DNA of 64,000 nucleotides from Minisyncoccota bacterium (GTDB lineage Bacteria; Patescibacteriota; Minisyncoccia; Phycocordibacterales; UBA1006): NCBI GenBank assembly GCA_021209525.1, contig JAJOIF010000001.1, positions 10,708 to 74,707 of the forward strand, read 5' to 3'. Shown piece by piece: positions 58,113 to 64,000 of this stretch (position 1 is its first letter; each line of letters starts with the position of its first letter). The notes under the pieces were generated by a model. It saw only the letters and a program-made list of their open reading frames with translations, ran no database searches and was not told where the DNA came from. The position numbers and the translations under genes were made by a program.

Positions 58113-60275
58113 ATGACCACATCACTCAAATACATCTTAGTAACCATCATTGCCTTCATCGGCCTTTTTATTGCACCAACAGTATTTGGAGCAACAGTAG
58201 TTGTAGACACTACGAATGACTCAGACAATAGCGGGGTAGAGTGTTCACTACGTGATGCTATTAATGCTATTAATACAGGAGCACCTGTATCAACCTGTAC
58301 TGATACTTCAAGTGATGGTTTTGGTGTGAATGATCGTATACATTTTGATATACCAGGCGCGGGGCCGCATACTATTACTGCACTATCAGGATTGCCTAAC
58401 TTGAATCGTTCTGTAGTGGTTGACGGAACCACACAAGCAGGATCTATTTGTGGTACGTATCCAACTTTTAGCGATAGATCTTTGGGTATTATTTTGAGAG
58501 ACGCAACATTCTATATTGCTAGTGACAATGTTCATATCAAAGGATTTTCACTCATATCTGATGGTAATAATGATATTTTTAGCAGAATAACTATTTTTGG
58601 AGGAGGCGATAATGCTCTCCTTGAGTGCAATAATTTTTTTCTCGATCATCAAGGACTCAATCCAACAACACCTCGTGCTATAGCCATTTCTATTGCCAGT
58701 CCAGACCTCATTCAGGGCCTCACTATTTTGAGTAGTATATTTCCTGGAAACATTGATCAATTTGGTATGGTCTCTTTGGGAAATATAGAAAATCTACTCC
58801 TTGAACATAATCGTTTTGGAGCAACGGCAGGAATCAATCCTGTGCTCGTACCAGGAACACAGGCACATCTTTTGGTCTGCGCCACAACAGGTTGCGCAGG
58901 TTCATTTCCTCTGGTGAGCTCTGGTGTCACCATTCGCTCTAATGAATTTTATGGAACTGATAATTTTGGGCAAATTGTCTTGATTGAGGGGGTAGGAGAT
59001 ATTATTATTGAAGGAAATGATTTCTATACTTCTCAGGCACCATCTATTGCTATTACAACAGGTCAAGATATCCTCATTCAAAATAATCATTTCCACGATA
59101 TTCAGAATCTGCCAATCTCTATTAATAATGGATTAGATGTGCGTATTCTTGATAATAACATTGAAAATGCAGCTACAGGTATTGCAGTATCTAATAATTC
59201 TCAAGAAATTATTATAGCATCTAATACTATTTCTATTAATGGTCTTGTCGGTATTGCTGTCGCTCAGGGAAGTAATGATTTCATTGTAGAATTAAATACA
59301 ATTACTTCGTATAATGGTGGATTTGGCTCAGGTATTCGTCTTGGTGATGTATACGCAGGTATTGTTCAGCAAAATGCCTTGAACGGAATTACAGGCGGTT
59401 TTGATGTTTTAGGAATATTTCAATCTCATAATGTGCTCGTTCAAGAAAATATCATCACCCAATCACAATCTTCAACAGCGTCTTTTATGGCACTTTCTCG
59501 AGATATTTCTTTCGTAGATAATATTATTACGGACAATAGTCTTGAAATCGCAGCCATCGCCTTCATCGGCATCGGTCCTGCACCCTCATCCCTTCAAAAC
59601 AACAACACCCTCTCTAGTAATATCATCCACTCAAACAATGCACCTATCTTTGATATTGTCGTAGACCCAACAGGAAACTTTGATTTCGCTGAATTCACAC
59701 TCATCGGCCTTAACCCCAATGACGCAGGAGACATAGACGAAGGACCAAATAACCTCCAAAACCACCCCATCATCAGATCATTCACTATCTCAGGTAATAC
59801 GATCACCATTACCTTTGAAGCAGACTTTCAAGCTGGTACCTACACCATAGAAGGATATACCTATGACCTTGATCTCTCACCAGACTTCCCTGAAGCACGC
59901 TATCTCTTAGGGAGTGATACCATTACCCACAATGGTAATGGAGCACAAACATTCACTCTCTCATTCCCATACACACAAGGTAATGCAGTCACACTCTCTG
60001 TAACAGATAGTAATGGCTCTACGTCAGAATTCGGTATATTAGTAACACTCCCACAACCACCGCGCCGTTCATCAGGCGGAGGATCACGCTTAACACCAGC
60101 GCAATTCGACAATCTCGGTATTACCATCACCACTACACCTACAACTCTAACTACTACATCACACAATGAACAAATCCTCAACCTCTTAACTACTCTTGAA
60201 CGAGATGCACAAGGCAAGATCACTCAAGCAGGATTCGTGCAATTCATTATGATGTTGATAGAGATCATAAGATAA
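58113..60275 (+). CDS. Cell-surface right-handed beta-helix repeat protein with an N-terminal CSLREA-type domain
   Basis: TM/signal anchor, then VVDTTNDSDNSGVECSLRDAINAIN, then many NxxIxxN beta-helix (PbH1-like) repeats, then a C-terminal Thr-rich linker. Confidence 0.6.
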   Translation: MTTSLKYILVTIIAFIGLFIAPTVFGATVVVDTTNDSDNSGVECSLRDAINAINTGAPVSTCTDTSSDGFGVNDRIHFDIPGAGPHTITALSGLPNLNRSVVVDGTTQAGSICGTYPTFSDRSLGIILRDATFYIASDNVHIKGFSLISDGNNDIFSRITIFGGGDNALLECNNFFLDHQGLNPTTPRAIAISIASPDLIQGLTILSSIFPGNIDQFGMVSLGNIENLLLEHNRFGATAGINPVLVPGTQAHLLVCATTGCAGSFPLVSSGVTIRSNEFYGTDNFGQIVLIEGVGDIIIEGNDFYTSQAPSIAITTGQDILIQNNHFHDIQNLPISINNGLDVRILDNNIENAATGIAVSNNSQEIIIASNTISINGLVGIAVAQGSNDFIVELNTITSYNGGFGSGIRLGDVYAGIVQQNALNGITGGFDVLGIFQSHNVLVQENIITQSQSSTASFMALSRDISFVDNIITDNSLEIAAIAFIGIGPAPSSLQNNNTLSSNIIHSNNAPIFDIVVDPTGNFDFAEFTLIGLNPNDAGDIDEGPNNLQNHPIIRSFTISGNTITITFEADFQAGTYTIEGYTYDLDLSPDFPEARYLLGSDTITHNGNGAQTFTLSFPYTQGNAVTLSVTDSNGSTSEFGILVTLPQPPRRSSGGGSRLTPAQFDNLGITITTTPTTLTTTSHNEQILNLLTTLERDAQGKITQAGFVQFIMMLIEIIR

Positions 60276-60281
60276 AGTACC

Positions 60282-60692
60282 AAATTCCAAGAAACAAATA
60301 ACAAACAAGGTACAAATTTCAAGAAACAAATAACAACTCATTCCCGGAATTTGTGAGACTACCTCGTCTAACGAGGCCTGCGAACAAATGTCCGGGATCT
60401 CGTGGCGACCGCCATAGCTTCGGCGATGGCGGGGCGTAGGAGTACTTATTCCGCGTACATTCCACATTCATGCATAAGTGGTACTTATGCCGCACACTCA
60501 TTAACAAAAAACGAGGCCCGTCAAACGAGCCATAACCCCGGACATTTTCTCCGTTAGCACTGCGAAAATTCCATGTCCGTCGTAGGAACGTTTGACGTTC
60601 CGAAGACGGGCGGGGAAGAGGCGATAATTACAAAAACCGGTTATGCCGGTTTTTTGTGGTTTTAGGATTTGGAGTTTAGTGCTTGGAATTTA
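60282..60692 (+). repeat. MITE-like structured intergenic repeat, copy B (~410 bp, with an internal duplication of the 5' end)
   Basis: Same blocks and terminal inverted repeats as copy A (ACCAAATTCCAAG ... CTTGGAATTTAA). It contains the additional hairpins CCTCGTCTAACGAGG, CCGCCATAGCTTCGGCGATGGCGG and GGAACGTTTGACGTTCC, plus a long-range pairing between AAATGTCCGGG and CCCGGACATTT. Confidence 0.7.
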
Positions 60693-60803
60693 ATATCCAC
60701 ACATCACCGTTCTCTTTAATCGACATCGTCTAACCCCTTGACTCTTTCTAAAAAATATAGAAAAACAAAAAAAATACTGTACCTTGTGATATAATCACTA
60801 CAT

Positions 60804-62246
60804 ATGAATATGAAAAAGTATGTACCCATTTCAGTGGCGCTAGGAATACTTATCCTTCTTGTGCTCACGATGTCATTTACCAGTATTTCACCATATCAAA
60901 CATCTACGGCTCTTGCAAATGCGCTTACCACCGCACAAAATGATGAGGCAGCTCTTCGTCGTCGTCTTGCTGAGCTTGAAAGAGAAATTGCGGAACAGCA
61001 ACAAAAATTAAATGCACAGCGCGGACAATCAAGTTCCATTCAAGGAGAAATTGATAAACTTAAAAATGAAATCAACAAAACGCGCCTTGATATTCAGCGC
61101 AAAAATACTGTCATTCAGCAATTGAGTGGTCAAATTAATCAAAAAGAATCAAAAATTCAAGAACTTGATGCAAAGCTTACTAGAGAACAAGCGTCTCTTG
61201 GTCAAATTATTCGCAAAATGAATGAACTTGACAAGGTAACCCTTATTGAAGTTATGTTGTCGCAGCAGACACTCTCTGATTTTTTTTCTGACAAAGACAG
61301 TTTTGAATCTATTAAATTTGGACTCAGTGAATCATACTCAAATATTCAAAATATAACACAACTTACTCTTGCAGAGCGTCGTGAATTAGAACGCAAGCGT
61401 GTCGAAGAAGCAGACACTAAAGCATCTCTTGAAGAAGAGCGTCGTCGTGTAGAACGCCAAGAAGCAGAGCAACGCAACTTGCTCAATGTGAGTCGCACCA
61501 ATGAAAAAACCTTTGAAGAAATTATTCGCGAACGCCAAGCGCAAGCCGCTCAAATTCGTAACAGACTCTTTGAATTGGCCGGAGGAAGCACACCAGGTCA
61601 AGGGATTCCTTTTGGTGACGCTGTGGTATTTGCAACCGAAGCGCAGCAAAAAACAGGCGTGCGTGCCGCTTTGATTCTTGCTGTTTTGCAACAAGAATCT
61701 GCTATGGGACGCAATGTAGGTACCTGTAATCGCCCCCAAGATACACGCAAGTATACAGACATCATGCCAGGACCAGTACATTTTCAAAACTTTGTAAATA
61801 ATGGTCGCTCATGTACCGGCGCAGCGAGTCCTTGCTCATGGCGTGATGATCAAACTGTTTTCTTGCAAATTGTGCGAGAACTTGGTCTCAGTACCGATCA
61901 GCCGCTCTCATGCCCACTGCCATCAGGTGGTTGGGGAGGAGCTATGGGGCCAACACAATTTATTCCATCAACATGGGTGACTGTGCGAGATGATGTTGCA
62001 CGGCTTGCTGGGGTAAGTACTGCAAATCCATGGAATGCGCGACATGCTGTTCTTGCTACCGGAGTATATATGAGCAGGCTTGGTGCTGCAAATGGTGGAT
62101 TCACCGCAGAGCGCAATGCGGCGTGTCGATACTATTCAGGGAGAAATTGTGGTGAAAGTAGTGTCCCGAACACTTTTTATGGTGATCAGGTTATGCAAAA
62201 AGCAAGTGCCTTCCAAATAGACATTGATTTCTTGAAAGATAACTAA
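60804..62246 (+). CDS. Membrane-anchored coiled-coil protein with a C-terminal lytic transglycosylase (SLT/lysozyme-like) domain
   Basis: TM anchor, a roughly 230-aa coiled coil, then the SLT motifs VLQQESAMG, GAMGPTQFIPSTW and NARHAVLATGVYMSRL. Confidence 0.65.
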   Translation: MNMKKYVPISVALGILILLVLTMSFTSISPYQTSTALANALTTAQNDEAALRRRLAELEREIAEQQQKLNAQRGQSSSIQGEIDKLKNEINKTRLDIQRKNTVIQQLSGQINQKESKIQELDAKLTREQASLGQIIRKMNELDKVTLIEVMLSQQTLSDFFSDKDSFESIKFGLSESYSNIQNITQLTLAERRELERKRVEEADTKASLEEERRRVERQEAEQRNLLNVSRTNEKTFEEIIRERQAQAAQIRNRLFELAGGSTPGQGIPFGDAVVFATEAQQKTGVRAALILAVLQQESAMGRNVGTCNRPQDTRKYTDIMPGPVHFQNFVNNGRSCTGAASPCSWRDDQTVFLQIVRELGLSTDQPLSCPLPSGGWGGAMGPTQFIPSTWVTVRDDVARLAGVSTANPWNARHAVLATGVYMSRLGAANGGFTAERNAACRYYSGRNCGESSVPNTFYGDQVMQKASAFQIDIDFLKDN

Positions 62247-62250
62247 TTTC

Positions 62251-62658
62251 ATGTTTGCTCGAAAAAATATTCGCTATATATTATTTGCAGTAATCTTTAT
62301 TCTTGTCGGAATTGGTGTTTTTGTTATACAGAGAATGTCGTATGTGAGCCTCGATATCCCTGCCGATGCTCGTGGTGCTGGCGGGTATCTTGAGGGGTCA
62401 TATCTCTGTAAGGATATGATACAGAAAAACGATGTGGTGCTCCAAATAAGCACCGAAGACAGTCCAATAGTCACTGAATATGCATATACATATTGCCACA
62501 ATACTAAAGACAGTACAATATTGATGCTCAGGAAGCATGATCAGACACTACATGTATTTAAATATGTGACCGATGAGGGTCAAGAATACTGGTCTGTATT
62601 AGCAAGAAATACCCGCTCTGTATATCCGAATAAATTTTTTCCGCTTGTTCCTTACTAG
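62251..62658 (+). CDS. Hypothetical membrane-anchored protein
   Basis: ORF with an N-terminal TM segment. Confidence 0.3.
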   Translation: MFARKNIRYILFAVIFILVGIGVFVIQRMSYVSLDIPADARGAGGYLEGSYLCKDMIQKNDVVLQISTEDSPIVTEYAYTYCHNTKDSTILMLRKHDQTLHVFKYVTDEGQEYWSVLARNTRSVYPNKFFPLVPY

Positions 62659-62708
62659 GAGTTACTCTATTTGCAAAAAAAACGTAAATATGATACAGTT
62701 CTCTTGTT

Positions 62709-62963
62709 ATGAAAAAGGAAATTCACCCAGACAATCATCGTTATGTTATCTATCACGATATTACCAGTGATGCAAAGTTTCTCGTGATGTCTACCATCAA
62801 AACTCAAGAAACTGGTACATGGACTGATAACAAGGAATATCCTCTCGTTCGTGTTGAAATTTCAAGTGCTTCACATCCTTTCTATACAGGATCTGAAAAG
62901 ACACTCGATACTACTGGGCGCGCAGAAAAATTCCGTCAACGAGCATCAAAGGCAAAAAATTAA
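62709..62963 (+). CDS. rpmE: 50S ribosomal protein L31 (type B, no Zn ribbon)
   Basis: MKKEIHPD...HPFYTG motif. Confidence 0.8.
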   Translation: MKKEIHPDNHRYVIYHDITSDAKFLVMSTIKTQETGTWTDNKEYPLVRVEISSASHPFYTGSEKTLDTTGRAEKFRQRASKAKN

Positions 62964-63026
62964 TTATTTACCACAAAAAGACGCTTGCGTGCACCGCATA
63001 CGTCTTTTTATCTGTACTGTATTACC

Positions 63027-64000
63027 ATGCATTCATTACCACCCATTGAAGAATTACTCAAGAATCAACGAACTCAATTTATTGCTGAGTCTCTTGTTCA
63101 TGTGCGCCAGCAGCGTGCAGAGACAGAATTGATGCTTGCTGATGACACCATGCGCGATCTCGCTCAAGAAGAGCTCGCGGTACTAGATATGCAAATTACA
63201 ACTATCGAGAATCAATTGCGTGATATTCTGAAAAAAGAACAAGAAGAAGAGGAATTTCCTAATGAGCTCGTACTTGAAGTTCGTGCTGGTGCGGGCGGTG
63301 ACGAAGCAAGCCTCTTTGCAAGACAGCTCGCTGAAATGTATGAAAGGTATGCAGAAAAAAGAGGATGGACATGGCGCACTCTCGATGTTTCTATGAATGA
63401 TGTAGAAGGGTATAAAGAAGCGAGTTTTGAAATTCATGGCGAAGGAGTATTCAAAGCGCTTCGTTTTGAAACAGGTATTCATCGTGTGCAACGTATTCCT
63501 GCAACAGAAAAACAGGGTCGCATCCACACCTCTACTGCATCGGTTGCTATTATGCCACTTCGTAAAAAAGTGACCGTCATTTTGCGTGATGAAGATTTGG
63601 AATTTGAAACATCTCGCTCAGGGGGCAAGGGAGGACAAAATGTAAACAAAGTAGAAACCGCAGTGCGCGTTATTCACAAACCAACAGGTCTTGACGTGCG
63701 ATCAACAGCAGAGCGCTCACAACTTAAAAACAAAGAAAAGGCGCTCTCTATTTTGCAAGCAAAAATTCAGCAACTCAAAGACGAAGAAGATGCTCGTCAG
63801 TATTCAGAAAAACGCAAGAAACAAGTAGGGAGTATGGATCGTTCAGAAAAGATTCGTACGTATAATTACCCCCAAGATCGCATTACGGATCATCGTATCA
63901 AGAAATCATGGGGTAATATTCCCGGTATTATGTCAGGCAATCTAGAAGACATTATGCAGTCTCTCGCTACAGAACAAGAAATGCTCGATAATGACGCGGC
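63027..64000 (+). CDS. prfA: Peptide chain release factor 1 (partial, runs off the window end)
   Basis: PAT tripeptide (RIPATEKQGRIHTS) and GGQ (SGGKGGQNVNK). There is no stop codon before position 64000. It is not in the ORF track because it is truncated. Confidence 0.8.
   Translation, partial: MHSLPPIEELLKNQRTQFIAESLVHVRQQRAETELMLADDTMRDLAQEELAVLDMQITTIENQLRDILKKEQEEEEFPNELVLEVRAGAGGDEASLFARQLAEMYERYAEKRGWTWRTLDVSMNDVEGYKEASFEIHGEGVFKALRFETGIHRVQRIPATEKQGRIHTSTASVAIMPLRKKVTVILRDEDLEFETSRSGGKGGQNVNKVETAVRVIHKPTGLDVRSTAERSQLKNKEKALSILQAKIQQLKDEEDARQYSEKRKKQVGSMDRSEKIRTYNYPQDRITDHRIKKSWGNIPGIMSGNLEDIMQSLATEQEMLDNDA

Noticed and set aside
60282-60692. Repeat copy B considered as RNase P RNA (rnpB)
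   Set aside because: The universal P4 sequence AGGAAAGUCCGGGCUCC / ACAGAACCCGGCUUA is not matched. A second divergent copy exists at 28.8 kb, which is unexpected for rnpB.

Overview
The window is a gene-dense bacterial chromosomal segment of roughly 40% GC. The gene content suggests a small-genome, possibly monoderm or CPR-like organism, but that is an inference: a type IV pilus cluster lacks a secretin, tRNAs and a tmRNA are scattered through the window, and RF1 and RF2 are both present, so UGA is a stop codon. Conserved housekeeping genes recognised by motif are rnr, truB fused to hpf, a cyclophilin, ruvA, rpsT, dedA, ssrA-smpB, ftsH, recG, ligA, prfB, ftsEX, rpmE and a partial prfA. The accessory content falls into five areas. 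(1) A roughly 12 kb AT-rich island sits between the 3' ends of a tRNA-Arg (8732-8806) and the tmRNA (20706-21108). It carries an HTH regulator, a complete type I R-M system (hsdM-hsdS-hsdR) with three embedded non-R-M genes, a truncated serine recombinase and a decayed IS3 copy. The embedded genes are a T5orf172/GIY-YIG-like protein between hsdM and hsdS, a Fic protein in the PrrC-like position between hsdS and hsdR, and a 488-aa membrane protein after hsdR. The hsdS gene contains an in-frame 12-bp x3 ELEA repeat and a G8 tract, both of which are candidate phase-variation loci. (2) A second mobile-element scar (30.3-32.3 kb) holds a gene whose product carries a diphtheria-toxin/PARP-like YHGTK...GFFFASS...SYIG signature, a putative ADP-ribosyltransferase. 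It is flanked by diverged direct repeats and followed by a second serine recombinase C-terminal fragment. (3) A copper homeostasis cluster comprises csoR with a palindromic operator, a copA P1B-ATPase, two DUF305 proteins and two beta-propeller proteins, with a tRNA-Ser in the middle. (4) A complete secretin-less type IV pilus and competence cluster comprises comFC, pilMNO, pilB, pilT, pilC, two pilins, pilD and four pseudopilins, with a frame-disrupted HIT gene inside it. (5) Downstream of ftsEX lie a CSLREA/beta-helix surface protein and a coiled-coil plus lytic-transglycosylase protein that resembles a PcsB/EnvC-type hydrolase. A MITE-like, hairpin-rich repeat with terminal inverted repeats occurs at ~28.8-29.07 kb and ~60.28-60.69 kb, with a partial copy near 55.9 kb. 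All calls are from reading the ORF translations and folding by eye. No database search was run.
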